DNA of 64,000 bases, taken from positions 79,112,001 through 79,176,000 of the forward strand of contig NC_091979.1 of assembly GCF_044704955.1 (NCBI RefSeq), in the 5' to 3' direction. Positions 10,995 through 24,012 of the stretch are shown here, in pieces. Origin of the DNA: Pristiophorus japonicus (Eukaryota). Each line of letters opens with the position of its first letter. Position 1 is the first letter of the stretch. Under the pieces are notes generated by a model. That model did not search any database, was not told where the DNA came from, and saw only the letters and a list, made by a program, of their open reading frames with translations. The position numbers and the translations under genes were made by a program.

Positions 10995-13900
10995 TATAAT
11001 GTATACTAGGGGCACTACCGTCAGAGGTCCTGGGGTCATAGGTACACTCATACTGGGCCCGGTATATAAGCTGAACTTCGCCTTTGTATCTTCACTTCTG
11101 GAAGCCATTAAAGACTGACCAGGTTACACCTGGTCACTGGCTCACAGTACGGAGTTCATTGTATCATTTCATACACTACAACTGGTGATGAGGCAAATAC
11201 GAACCCACACAAAAGTATGGCAAGCACAGCACGATCAAGTGCTGTTGGAATTCTCGAGAGATTCAATGACGGAGAGGGTTGGGGAGATTTCATGGATTGT
11301 CTTGACGAGTATTTCATGGCAAATAGCCTAAACAAAGACAAGGAAGCAGAGAAGTGCAGGGCAGTTCTTCTCACCGTTTGTGGCCCCACGATCTATGCAC
11401 TCATCAAGAATCTGCTTCACCCACTCTTCCTATAGAAAAGGATTACAAAGAACTAGTTCGGGAACACCTTAAACCCATGGAAGGAATCCTCATATCCAGA
11501 TATTGCTTCTATATGCACGTTCATCCAGAAGGCCAGGACGTAATGCCATTTGTTGCTGACTTGAGACGTCTTGCAGGGCCTTGCAAATTTGGGCCTGCGT
11601 TGGAAGACATGCTGCATGACTTTTTCATGATCGGGGTCAACCACGAGGCGATTTTAAGTAAGCTGCTGGCTGCAGATACGCCGGACCTCAGCAAGGTCAT
11701 CACCATCGCTCAGGCTTGCATGTCCACGCAGAAAAGCACAAAGGAGATATCGCGACAAAACAGGAACTCCACGGCAAGTACTGTGTACAAAATTGTATCG
11801 ACGGCCGGCAGAGCTGTACATGGCAGGGCCTACTCGACTGCATCTACAAGACCGGGAGCCGCTCAAAGTTCGCCATCGAGGACCTAGTCGACAGCGTATG
11901 CGAGAACGGGAGCCGCTTAAATCCCGCCATCGGGTGCAAATCCGAGCTCAACGTGTTGGCGTTGTGGGGGCAATCACCGACCCCATCAGTGCCGCTTCAA
12001 GCAGTATGTATGCAGAGGATGTGCGGAGACGGGGCATCTTTAGTGGACGTGTCCACCACGTGGATGATGATCAATTCAGCGTGGATCTGGCGATGCGGCC
12101 CGAGGCATTTGAGAGCTCTGAGAAGGAAGTGTATAGCGTACATGCATTCCTAACAAAGAGCCAACCGATAATGATGGAGGTAAAATTACTAACAAAAAGC
12201 CAACCGATAATGATGGAGGTAAAATTAAAAGGCGTTCTGGTATCCATGGAATTAGACACGGGTGCGAGTCAATCGATAATGAGCCAGAGGACTTTCGAAA
12301 AGCTGTGGGAGACCAAGGGAGAGAGACCCAAGCTGAGTCCGATAAATTCGAAGTTGCGTACCTGTACCAAAGAGATCATACCAGTGATCAGTAGTGCAGC
12401 AGTAAGAGTGTCGTATGAGGGAGCAGATCATGATCTATCATTATGGATTATCCTGGGCAACGGTCCATCGTTATTTGGCAGGAGTTGACTCAAGAAAATA
12501 AAATGGAAATGGTACAATATCAAAGCTTTGTCATCAGCAGATGATGATTTGTGTGTTGAGGTGCTGAGCAAATTTCCCTCACTGTTTGAACCGGGAATTG
12601 GCAGCTTCAAGGGAGCCAAGGTGCAGATTCACCTCGGCCCAGATGCAAGGCCCATCCATCACAAAGCCAGGGCGGTCCCACACATGATGAGAGAAAAGGT
12701 CGAGCTCGAATTGGACAGGCTACAACGTGAGGGGGTCATCTCACTGGTCGAATTTAATGAATGGGCCAGTCCCATTGTTCCGGTGTTAAAGAGCGACGGC
12801 ATGGTCAGGATTTGTGGAGACTACAAGGTGACGATCAACTGAGTTTCAAGCAAGATCAGTACCTGCTATCAAAAGCTGATGATCTGTTTGCAATGCTAGC
12901 CGGGGGAAAATCATTCACCAAATTAGATCTAACATCGGCTTACATGACACAGGAACTGGTTGAATCATCAAAGAAACTTACGTGCATCAACACGCACAAA
13001 GGACTGTTTATTTACAAGTGCCCTTTAGGCATTCGTTCGTCGGCAGCCATATGTCAGAGAAACATGGAGGGTCTATTGAAAGCCGTCCCCAGGACCGTGA
13101 TATTCCAAGACGACATCCTAGTCACAGGTCGTGACACCACCGAGCACCTGTGCAATCTGGAAGAGGTTCTGCGTCGTCTGGACAAAGTGGGACTCAGGCT
13201 GAAACGTTCGAAGTGCGTTTTCATGGTACCAGAGGTCGAATTCCTTGGACGAAAGATTGCTGCAGATGGAATCAGGCCTACAGACGCAAAAACAGAGGCC
13301 ATCAAAAATGCGCCCAGGCCCCAGAATGTGACGGAGCTGCGTTCGTTCCTGGGTCTTCTCAACTACTTCAGTAACTTCTTACCCAAATTGAGCACAGTAT
13401 TAGAGCCTTTGCACAAGCTGCTCAGGAAAGGAGACGACTGGGTGTGGGGTGAACTTCAAGACAGAGCCTTTGATAAGGCTAGAAATCTGTCGTGTTCCCA
13501 CAAGCTACTGGTACTATATGACCTATGTGTCTAGTTTTGACCTGTGATGCATCGTTCTATGGGGTCGGCTGAGTACTCCAGCAAGCCAATGAGTCAGGCA
13601 AACTACAACCAGTTGCATATGCGTCTCAAAGCTAATCCAAGGTGGAAAGAGCCTATGGCATGTTAGAGAAAGAGGCTTTAGCATGTGTTTATGGGGTTTA
13701 AAAAAATGCACCAGTACCTGCTTGGGCTTCGCTTCGAGCTGGAAACCGATCACAAGCCGCTTATATCGTTGTACTCGGAACATAAAGATATCAATACCAA
13801 CACGTCGTCCCATCCAGAGATGGGCGCTGACATTATCTGCCTATGATTATGCCATAGACCAGGCACTGACAATTGCGCTAATGCATTGAGCCAGTTACCG

Positions 13901-14890
13901 TTGCCCACACCGGAGGTGGAAACACCAAGGCCCACAGAACTACTCATGGTCATGGATGCCTTTGAGAGTGAAGGGTTGCCTGTCACTGCTCAACAAGTTA
14001 AGACCTGGATCAGCCAGGATCCGACCCTATTCTGTTCTTAACGGGGACTGGTCGATCATCCCCAAGGAAATGGGTGAAGAAACCAAACCGTACAGCCGTC
14101 GCAAAGATGAGCTTTCCATCCAGTCTGACTGTTTACTATGGGGTAATCATGGGGTACTGTAATGCCCAAGAAAGGCAGGGCGAGGTTTGTATGGGAGTTA
14201 TATAGTACACATCCTGGTATTGTCATGATGAAGGCCATCGCCAGGGCGCATGTTTGGGACCTGGCATTGACTCACACTTAGAGTCATGCATGCATGCAGT
14301 TAAGCAATGCCCCAAAGGAAGCTCCGCTCAGTCTGGGGTCATGGCCATCAAAACCATGGTCTAGAATCCACATCGACTTTGCGGGCCCCCTCCTTGGTAA
14401 AATGTTTTTTGTGGTGGTGGATGCATACTCCAAATGGATAGAATGTGTGATCATGTCATCCAGCATTTCCACTGCCACCATTGAGAACCTGAGAGCCATG
14501 TTTGCCACACATGGTCTGCCAGATATCGTTGTCAGCGACAACGGACCGTGTTTCACAAGCCTGGAGTTTCAAGAGTTCATGAAACGCAATGGCATAAAAC
14601 ACATGAGGTCTGCCCCGTTCAAACCCGCGTCCAATGGTCAAGCGGAGCGGGCAGTCCAAACCATCGAGCAAAGCCTGAAACGCATTCCTTGCAGACATGC
14701 CTGTCACACATACAGCTCAGTTACAGGACAAGGCAACACACGCTCACCGGGATCCCGACTCCGGAACTATTGATGAGGAGAGGCCTCAAAATCAAGCTCT
14801 GTCTAGTCCATCCTGACCTTAACAATCATGTCAAAACCCGCGTCAACGCCAGCAGTAGTATTACAACCGCGCTGCAGTGTCACACGACAT
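10995..14890 (+). mobile_element. Gypsy LTR retrotransposon 2, decayed, 3' LTR missing
   Basis: LTR-like 10995-11180 (TATAA, ends CA), then PBS TGGTGATGAGG at 11183-11193, gag, MELDTGAS protease, FQDDIL RT and VVSDNG integrase. Confidence 0.9.
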
Positions 14891-17800
14891 GAGGATGTGA
14901 CTGCAACTCAGGCAGGTAAGGGGACCCCAGGTTCAGTGCTGGAGGAGCCTTGGCATTTGTCCTTATCCAACAGGTATGAGGTTCTTGCTGCTGTGTGGAT
15001 GAGGGAAAAACCTGCAGGATGGATGAGCAAGCTGACCCTGGCACCATGGTGCAGGATGCAATTCAAGTAAGGGGAATGAAAGGGAATACAGTGGTAGAGG
15101 ACAATGTAAGCAGAGGGATAGATACTGTTCTCTGCAGCCGCGACTGGTAGTTCCGAAGGTTGTGTTGCCTGCCCGGTGCCAGGGTTAATGACATCTACTC
15201 GCGGCTGGAGAAGAACTTGGAGTGGGATGGGGAGGATCCAGTTGTCGTGGTCCATGTAAGAACCGACAACTTAGATAGAACTAGCAATGAGGTTCTGCTG
15301 AGAGAGTTTGAGAAGTTGGGGTCCAAATTAAAAAGCAAAACCTCAAGGGTAAGAATCTCTGGATTGTTACCTGAGCCATGCGCCAATTGGCATAGAGATA
15401 AGCAGATTAGAAGGTGAAATGCGTGGCTCAAAGAGTGGTGTGGGAGGCAGGGGTTTTGCTTCATGGGGCACTGGCACCAGTACTGGGGAAAAAGGGAGCT
15501 GTTCTGTTGGGACGGGCTCCACTTAAACCGGCCTGAAACCAGTGTCCTGACAAATCGAATAACTAGGGATTTAAACTAATGAAGGCAGTGTGGGGTGGGA
15601 GGATTTAGGAGAGAATAAATTTAAAAGCAGCAAAAGAAATATCAAGGCTCTAGAGCAGAGCAGAGTTTTGGATAAAAATAAACAGAGTGGGCCAGGAAGG
15701 GGCAGAGAGAGTAACAAAGGTAATAGCACATTACTGACTCAGGTGACATTAGGGAAAAATAGAAAAAAGTCAAAGCTAAAGGCACTATATCTGAATGCAC
15801 AAAACATTCACCACAAAATAGATGAATTAATAGCGCAGATAAAAATTAATTGATTTGATCTCATAGCCATTACGGAGACGTGGTTGCAAAGTGACCACGG
15901 TTGGGAACTAAATATTTCAGGATACTTAACTTTTAGAAGAAATAGGCAAAATGGAAAAGGAGGAGGGGTAGCCCTGATAATAAAGGATGGGATAAAGACA
16001 GTAGAGAGAAAGGATCTTAGCTCGGAAATTCAAGAAGTAGAATCAGTTTGGGTGGAGCTGAGAAACAGCAAGAGGCAGAAAACATTAGTGGGAGTAGTTT
16101 ATAGGCCGCCAAACGGTAGTGATAATGTAGGGCGCAGTATAAATCAGGATATTAGAGGTGCATGTAACAAAGATAATACAATAATCATGGGGGACTTTAA
16201 TCTACATATAGACTGGGCAAACCAAATTTGCAGTAATAGTGTAGAAGACGAATTAATGGAATGTATACAAGATGGTTTTCTAGATCAGTGTGTTGAGGAA
16301 ACAACTAGAGAACAGGCTATTTTAAATCTAGTAGTAAAGAGGCCCTTAGGGAAGAGTGACCATAATATGATAGAATTTTATATTAAGTTTGAAAATGATT
16401 TAGTTAAATCCAAAACTAGGATCTTAAATATAAACAAAGGAAACTACGTATGTATGAGGGGAGAGTTGACTAAGGTAGATTGGGAAACTACATTAAAAGG
16501 TATGACGGTAGACAAGCAATGGCTAGCATTTAAAGAATTAATACATAATTTACATCAAACATACATTCCTTTAAGGCACAAAAGCCCCACAGGAAAATTG
16601 GTCCAACCGTGTCTACCAAGAGAAGTTAAAGATAATAATAGATCAAAAAAGAGGCTATAATGTTACCAAGTAAGCCTGAGGATTGGGAGGATTTTAGAAT
16701 TCAGCAACGGAGAGCCAAGAACTTGATCAAGAAAGAGAAAATAGATATATAAAAACAGACTGTAAAAGCTGCTATAGGTATGTAAAAAGGAAAAGATTAG
16801 CAAAAGTAAATGTGGGTCCCCTACAGACTGAGACAGGAGAAATTATAATGGGGCATAAGGAAATGGAACAGAAATTAAACAAATACTTTGTGTCTGTCTT
16901 CACAGAACAAAACATGAAAAAACTCCCAGAAATAGTGGTGTACCAAGGATCTAGCGAGAATGAGGGACTGAAAGAAATTAGTATAAGTAATAAAAAATAG
17001 TACTGCAGAAATTAATAGGACTGAAAGCCAATAAATCCCCTGGACCTAATGGCCTACATTATAGGGTTTTGAAAGAGGTTGCTATAGAGATAGTGAATGC
17101 ATTGGTTGTCATCTTCCAAAATTCCATAGATTCTAGAACGGTTCCTGCAGATTGGAAGGTAGCTAATGTAACCGTGCTATTTAAGAAAGGAGGGGGAGAA
17201 AAAACGGGAACTATAGACCAGTTAGCCTGACACCAGTAGCAGGGAAAATGCTAGAATCTAATATTAAGGTCGTGGTAACAGGGCACTTAGAAAATAATAA
17301 TAGGATTGGGCAGAGTCAAAATGGATTTTTGAAAGGGAAATCATATTTGACAAATTTGTTAGAGTTTTTTGAGGTTGTAACTAGTAGAATAGATAAGGAG
17401 GGACAGTGGATGTGGTGTATTTGGAGTTTCAGAAGGCATTCAATAAGGTGCCACACAAGAGGTTATTAAACAAAATTAGGGCTCACTGGATTGGGGGTAA
17501 TATACTACCATGGATTGAGAATTGGTTAAAGTACAGAAAACAGAGAATAGGAATAAACGAGTCATTTTTGGGTACACAGGCTGTAACTAGTGGGTGCCGC
17601 ATGGATCAGTGCTTGGGCCCCAGACATTCACAATCTATATCAATGATTTGGATGAGGGGACCAAATGTAATATATCCAAGTTTGCTGATGATACAAAGCT
17701 AGGTAGGAATGTAAGTTGTGAGGAGGATGCAAAGAGACTTCAGGGAGATATAGACAGGTTAAGTGAGTGGGCAAGAACATGGCAAATGGAATATAATGTA

Positions 17801-18589
17801 AAGAAATGTGAAGTTATCCACTTTTGTAGGAAAAATAGAAAAGCAGAGAAATTGGGAAATGTTGGTGTTCAGAGGGACCTGGGTGTCCTTGTACATAAAA
17901 CATTGGAAGTTAATATGCAGGTACAGCAAGCAATTAATAAAGCAAATGGTATGTTGGCCTTTATTACAAAAGGATTTCAGTACAAGAGTAAAGACATATT
18001 ACTGCAATAATATAGTGCCCTGGTGAGACCGCACCTCGAATATTGTGTACAGTTTTGGCCTCCTTACCTAAGGAAAGATATACTTGCCATTGAGGGAGTG
18101 CAACGAAGGTTCACCAGTCTGATTCCTGGAATGGGCAGATTTTCCTATGTGGGGAGATTGTGTAGACTTGGCCAATATTCTCTAGAGTTTAGAAGAATGA
18201 GAGGTGATCTCATTGAAACATATAAAATTCTTACAGAGCTTGACAGGGTAGATGCAGGGAGGATGTTTCCTCTGGCTGAGGAGTCTAGAACCAAGGGTCA
18301 CAGTCTCAGAATAAGTAGTCGGCCATTTAGGACTGAGATGAGGAGAATCATCTTCACTCAGAGGGTGGTAAATCTTTGGAATTCTCTACCGCAGAGGTCT
18401 GTGGAGGCTCAGTCTTTGAGTAAATTCAAAATAGAGATTGATAGATTTTGGGATATTAAGGGAATCAAGGGATATGGGGATAGTGTAGGAAAGTGGAGTT
18501 GAGGTAGAACATCAGCCATGATTTCACTGAATGGTGGAGCAGGCTCGAGGAGCCGAATGGCCTACTCCTACTCCTAATTCTTATGTTCT
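14891..18589 (+). mobile_element. CR1 LINE copy 2, ORF1 plus ORF2, decayed
   Basis: LSLSNRYEVL and esterase ORF1 remnants; ORF2 EN/RT motifs at 15750-18502; tail TTCTTATGTTCT. Confidence 0.95.
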
Positions 18590-19162
18590 AGGTGGCAATG
18601 GTACGTCTGGCAGAGAAATGGGAAATCTGCTGGGACTCCTAAGTGCCGCCCCCACCAACCCCCCACCCAACAGCCAAGATGTCCCGGCAAAGTTTGTGGG
18701 CAGGGAAATCCCGATCCGACAGTGAGGCAGCGATAGGCCTGACTGCCTGAATTTTCTTATATTCTTTGCCTTTATCCCAACCGATTTCAGACAGGACAAT
18801 GGAAAAGAAACCGCCCCAAGGTATCTGAAAGAATAGAGAAAGTAAACTGAAAACAGTACTTTTAAATAAGGTAGGGCAGCAGGGCACCTTCAGGGTTGTA
18901 AAGAGCAAATTTAAGGCAGACAACAGTAAGTATTCATCAACAGAGGATGATCACCAGCACAAATTCGTTTCCAGGAGGGATGGCTGAGGCTAGGACACTA
19001 GATGCTAAATAGAAAGGCAATAAAGTTAGTATTCTAGAAGGATAAGATCAAAAGGGCCGACGGGTTTTCTTCGTCTAAACTTATCTTGTGATCTTTGTTT
19101 TGTTCAATAAGATGATTAATTTAACAATTTCAAAGTACTCCTGAAAAAACAACTGCATTTAC

Positions 19163-19309
19163 CTTCACAATGGTGAGACCTGCATCTGTAAAATCATTGA
19201 TTAGTTTTTGAAATTCCAATCTGGTCATATCCATTGGTATTTTCCAAAAAACGGAACTATGAATTGGACCCCAGTTAGTTGGTAAACTCTTCAAGTAATC
19301 TTCTTTCCC
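19163..19309 (-). CDS. Host gene coding exon (147 nt, phase 0-0), unidentified gene
   Basis: Non-repeat sequence; acceptor TTCTTAGTTCAG and donor AAG|GTAAAT; open frame GKEDYLKSLPTNWGPIHSSVFWKIPMDMTRLEFQKLINDFTDAGLTIVK. Confidence 0.7.
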
Positions 19310-19607
19310 CTGAACTAAGAAACGATTTTTAAAAAAAGTTATCACAATGTTAGCATCATGTAGCCACAGCTGTTTGGTCTACATATATTTGATGAAAATA
19401 TTAATGCAAGTGATTGTATATTTTCTTTCTTACAATTACTTCACTTTCAAAGAAATTATTGTGCAATTGGTTGCAATCAATATACACAGAATCCTCTTAT
19501 GGGTCAAGAGACAGAGCACATACGGGACAGAGTATAAATTGTTGTGGCTTTATAATATAAATTAAACTGACAACTACAATAACCACTGAGTACAGATCAA
19601 TAAATAA

Positions 19608-20054
19608 AAAGACTTGGATTTATATAGCACCTTTCACGACCACCGGACGTCACAAAGTACTTTGAAGCCAATGAAGTACTTTTGGAATGTAGTCACTATT
19701 GTAATGTAGGAAACGCGGCAGCCAATTTGCACACAAGCAAACTCCCACAAACAGCACTGTGATAAGGACCAGATAATCTGTTTTTTTTTGTTATGTTGAT
19801 TGAAGGATAAATATTGGCCAGGACACCGGGGATAACTTCAAAGTAGTGCCATGGGATCTTTTACGTCCACTTGAGAGAGTAGACGGATTTAATGTCTCAT
19901 CCGAAAGACGGCACATCTGACAGTGTAGCAGTCCCTCAGCACTGCACTGGTGTGTCAGCCTAGATTTTTTGTGCTCAAGTCTCTGGAGTGGGACTTGAAC
20001 CCACACCTTCTGACTCAGAGGCGAGAGTGCTACCAATTGAGTCACAGCTGACAC
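19608..20054 (-). mobile_element. tRNA-headed Deu-domain SINE (SacSINE1-like)
   Basis: A box (TGACTCAATTGG) and B box (GGTTCAAGTCC); Deu-like core GGACGTAAAAGATCCCATGGCACTA; L2-like tail GGTGCTATATAAAT. Confidence 0.8.
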
Positions 20055-20174
20055 TACATGAAAGTATAAAGTCAGTTGTCTGAAGAACCTTAAAGCATGC
20101 TTACTTATTTAATGTCTACCAAACTGCTTATTCCATTACTTACTTACCTACTTACAACCTACTTACACCTACTT

Positions 20175-21306
20175 ACTCACAGTCAACAAGCTCCCGACTA
20201 GAGTGGAACTAAACTACAGAACCAGTGGGAACCTGTTCAACCTGCGCCGTCTCCAGGCCAGATCCAAGACCACCCCAACCTCTGTCGTCGAGCTACAGTA
20301 TGCGGACGACGCCTGCATCTGCACACATACAGAGGCCATACTCCAGGACATAGTCAACGTATTTACTGAGGCGTACGAAAGCATGGGCCTTACGCTAAAC
20401 ATCCGTAAGACAAAGGTCCTCCACCAGCCTGTCCTCACCGCACAGCACTGTCCCCCAGTCATCAAGATCCATGGCGCGGCCTTGGACACTGTGGACCACT
20501 TCCCATATCTCAGGAGCCTCCTATCAACAAAAGCAGGTATCGTCGACGAGATCCAACACTGCCTCCAGTGCACCAGTGCAGCCTTCAGTCGCCTGAGGAA
20601 AAGAGTGTTTGAAGACCAGGCCCTCCAAACTGCCACCAAGCTCATGGTCTACAGAGTTGTAGTAATACCTGCCCTCCTGTATGGCTCAGAGACATGGACC
20701 ATGTACAATAGACACCTCAAGTTGCTGGAGAAATATCACCAAAGATGTCTCCGCAAGATCCTACAAATTCCCTGGGAGGACAGGTGCACCAACATCAGCG
20801 TCCTCAATCAGGCTAACATCCCCAGCATTGAAGCACTGACCACGCTCGATCAGCTCCGCTGGGCAGGCCACATAGTCCGCATGCCAGACACGAGACTCCC
20901 AAAGCAAGTGCTCTACTTGGAGCTCTTTCATGGCAAATGAGCCAAAGGTGAGCAGCGGAAACGCTACAAGGACACCCTCAAAGCCTCCCTGATAAAGTGC
21001 AACATCCCCACTTACACCTGGGAGTCCCTGGCCAAAGACCGCCCTAAGTGGAGGAAGTGCATCCGAGAGGGCGCTGAGCACCTCGAGTCTCAACGCCGAG
21101 AGCATGCAGAAATCAAGCGCAGGCAGCGGAAAGAACATGCGGCAAACCAGTCCCACCCACCCCTTCCCTCAACGATTATCTGTCCCACCTGTGATAGAGT
21201 CTGTGGCTCTTGTATTGAACTGTTCAGCCACCAAAGAACTCACGTCAGGAGTTGAAGAAAGTCTTCCTCGATTCCGAGGGGCTGCCTATGATGATGATGA
21301 TGATGA
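20175..21306 (+). mobile_element. RTE LINE, 5'-truncated
   Basis: ELQYADD RT, C-terminal CPTC...H...H finger, (GAT)n tail. Confidence 0.93.
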
Positions 21307-21361
21307 CTTGTTCCATTGGATGATAAAGGTAAACCAAGTGACCGTTAGAGAAACATTAATA

Positions 21362-22030
21362 CAAAAGCAAATTACTGCAGATGCTGGAATCTGGAATAAA
21401 AACAGAAAATGCTGGAAATCTTAGCAGGTCAGGCAGCATCTGTGGAGAGGAAGCAGAGTTAATGTTTCGGGTTGATGACCCTTCATCAGAACTGGAGAGT
21501 GTTCGGAAAGAACAGATTATTAACAAGCACTGAAAGGGGGAGGAGAAGAAAGAACAAAAGGGAAGGTCTGTGATAGGTTGGAAGACAAGAGAGATTAGAG
21601 AGACAAAAGGGATAATGGCCCAAATTCAAATGGTAATGCTAGGATTTAGAAAAACATTAGTCAAGATAGGGTGTGAATGGCGGGATAATGACCAATTGCC
21701 ATTAGAGACAAGGAGAAGAAATGAATGAAATAAATAGGCTCAGTGGGGGTGGTGGGGGGGTGGCTGGAAAGGGAGCCACAGATTGGCAGCTGTTACGTTC
21801 TGAAATTATTGAACTCGACGATGAGTCCAGAAGGCTATAAAGTGCCTAAACAAAAGATGAGGTGCTGTTCCTCGAGTTTGCATTGAGCTTCGTTGGAACA
21901 GTGTAGGAGGCCGAGGACAGAGAGGTTAGAGTGGGAATGGAGTGGAGAATTAAAGTGACAGATGACCGGAAGCTCAGGGTCACACTTGTGGACTGAAAAG
22001 CGGTCACTCAATCTACGCTTGGTCTCTCCA
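21362..22030 (-). mobile_element. Penelope-like element 3' fragment with pseudo-LTR
   Basis: Homologous to 29064-29715; contains a hammerhead motif. Confidence 0.88.
21453..21495 (-). ncRNA. Minimal type I hammerhead ribozyme motif in Penelope pLTR
   Basis: Minus strand reads AGTT-CTGATGA-AGGGTCATCAACCC-GAAAC-ATT-AACT. Confidence 0.7.
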
Positions 22031-22099
22031 ATATTATATTAGAAAAACGTTCTCTAGATACAATTACATTTATAATAAAACAAATACACAAATCAGGAT

Positions 22100-23240
22100 T
22101 CTACTGTATATTATGAGTTTGGATAGAATAAATAACAGGAATGGATTTTCAGAGAGAATTTACTAAAATGTCTTACAAGAGGTTTGTAAAATTCAGGCTT
22201 ATGGTATGAGGAAATCTAGCAGCATGGATAGAAAGTTGATTTCTAGCAGTATGAATAACAAATTTGGTTTTTAACAGACAGATAATAAAGTTAAAATAAA
22301 TGAATGTTGTTAGGATTGAAGAAGGGTTGGAAGTGCTGTATTTTGCTGTACTAGTGCTGATCCACTTTTGTTCTCAGTATATACAGATGATTTGGGCACT
22401 CTCAAAATTTGCTGGCAGCACAAAAGTAGTGAGTTTGACAAGTAGTGAGAAGAACTTGAAAAGACTTCAGGAAGACATAGGTTTGCAAAATGGGCAAACA
22501 GGGGGCAGATGCACTTTAGTGTGTATAGGTGTGATGTAAAACAGTTTGGAATGAAAATCAATGAATGGGAGTATATACGCAATGGAAAGATGCTGAAAGT
22601 ATGAGCAGAGAGACCTACAGGTTGAAACACATAATTCCTTAAAAGTACAAGTACTGGTAGACAAAGCCATAAAATGGCAACAGCATTTGGGGTTTTATAA
22701 ATAGGGGCATAGTGTACAAAAGTAAAAAAATTCATAATGAATTTGTACAAAACATTGGTTAGACCACGATTACAGTACTATAGAATTTTGTGCAACCCAT
22801 TACAGAAACAATATTAAACCCATAGAACATGTACAATGTAGATTCATCAGGATGATAGCAAGGATGGGAAACTTTGGTTGTGATATTTCCATGGATGCAA
22901 ATATGATTAAGAGGAGATTTAGTAAATGAAGGGTTTTGATCGAGTGACTGCAGAAAGACTACATTTGGTTGCAGAGTCAACAACAGGAGCCCATCAATTT
23001 AAAATTAGGAGAGTGAAATGAGTAGTTAGTTGGAATCTCTTTACACAGACAGTTCTTGGCGCATGGAATGCTTTGCCATAGAGGACTGCTGATCAGAGAA
23101 ATAGTTTTAAGAGAAAATTGGATAAATATTTGAAACAGAGAAAGATAAAGGGCTATGAGGCAGTGAGATTAGTTTGGGATTTCAAAAAGCTACACGATGG
23201 TCCAAGTGGCTTCCTTCTGTGCTGTAAACGTCTATGGTTC
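22100..23240 (+). mobile_element. Old, highly degenerate CR1 (RT and 3' end)
   Basis: Remnants of SKFA(DD)TK, LVRP.L.Y and AWNAL. Confidence 0.75.
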
Positions 23241-23270
23241 ACAATGTTTTTCTAACTTTGCGGGTTTAAT

Positions 23271-23680
23271 ATGCCGGTTTGGCTCAATTGATGGTCTCCA
23301 AGTCAAAGGTTTGTGGGCTTCAGTCCCTATTCCAAGACGTACAATCTACTGACAATTCAATACAGTACTGTCACACTATCTTTCACTTGAGAAGTTAAAC
23401 TCAAATCCCGTCTGCCAGTTCACATATATGTAAAATATCCCATGATACTATTTGAAGAACAGCTGAGGAGTTCACCAACAGCTATCCCTCAACCAACACC
23501 ACCAGAACAGATTTACTGGTCATCATCACACTCGCTGTTTGTGCGACCTTATTGTGCACACATTGGCTGCTGTAATTACCTATATAACAGTGACTGCAGT
23601 TCAAAAGTAATCCATTGGCTGTGAAACACTTTGGTACATACTGGGGACACAAACGTTTCTATATAAATTAAAGCTCTTTC
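23271..23680 (+). mobile_element. Degenerate Deu-type SINE
   Basis: Diverged homolog of 19608-20054 (TGGCTCAATTG head, GTAAAATATCCCATG core, TGGCTGTGAAACACTTTGG tail). Confidence 0.7.
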
Positions 23681-24012
23681 TCCTTTAAATATAATTAAGG
23701 ATAGTTCAATGTGAATCCATGTTGGGCCTAGTTCCAGCATGATACACAAGTTACTGTAGAAATAATTGATGAGGGCACTGGGATTTGTCTAGCTCCTAAG
23801 GATGCAGTGAGCGCTTCAATGTGCACCTAGAATATGACTATTAAAAATGAGACCTCATAACGGCAGCCTTTCGGATATATTTGAGGAGGTCTTAGATTAA
23901 GCTATTCAAATAATCTTCACCAACCACAATTATCATCTTTAGAGAATGTGCAGCTGGAGATGGACATTAAAGGAACTGGAGATAACATGCAATTTATAGT
24001 TGAAAAGTCTAT

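Noticed and set aside
18639-18813. Possible further host exon (strong acceptor, IPWGGFFSIVLSEIGWDKGKEY...)
   Set aside because: Phase fits, but there is no convincing donor and the region looks like GC-rich transposon-end sequence; left unassigned.
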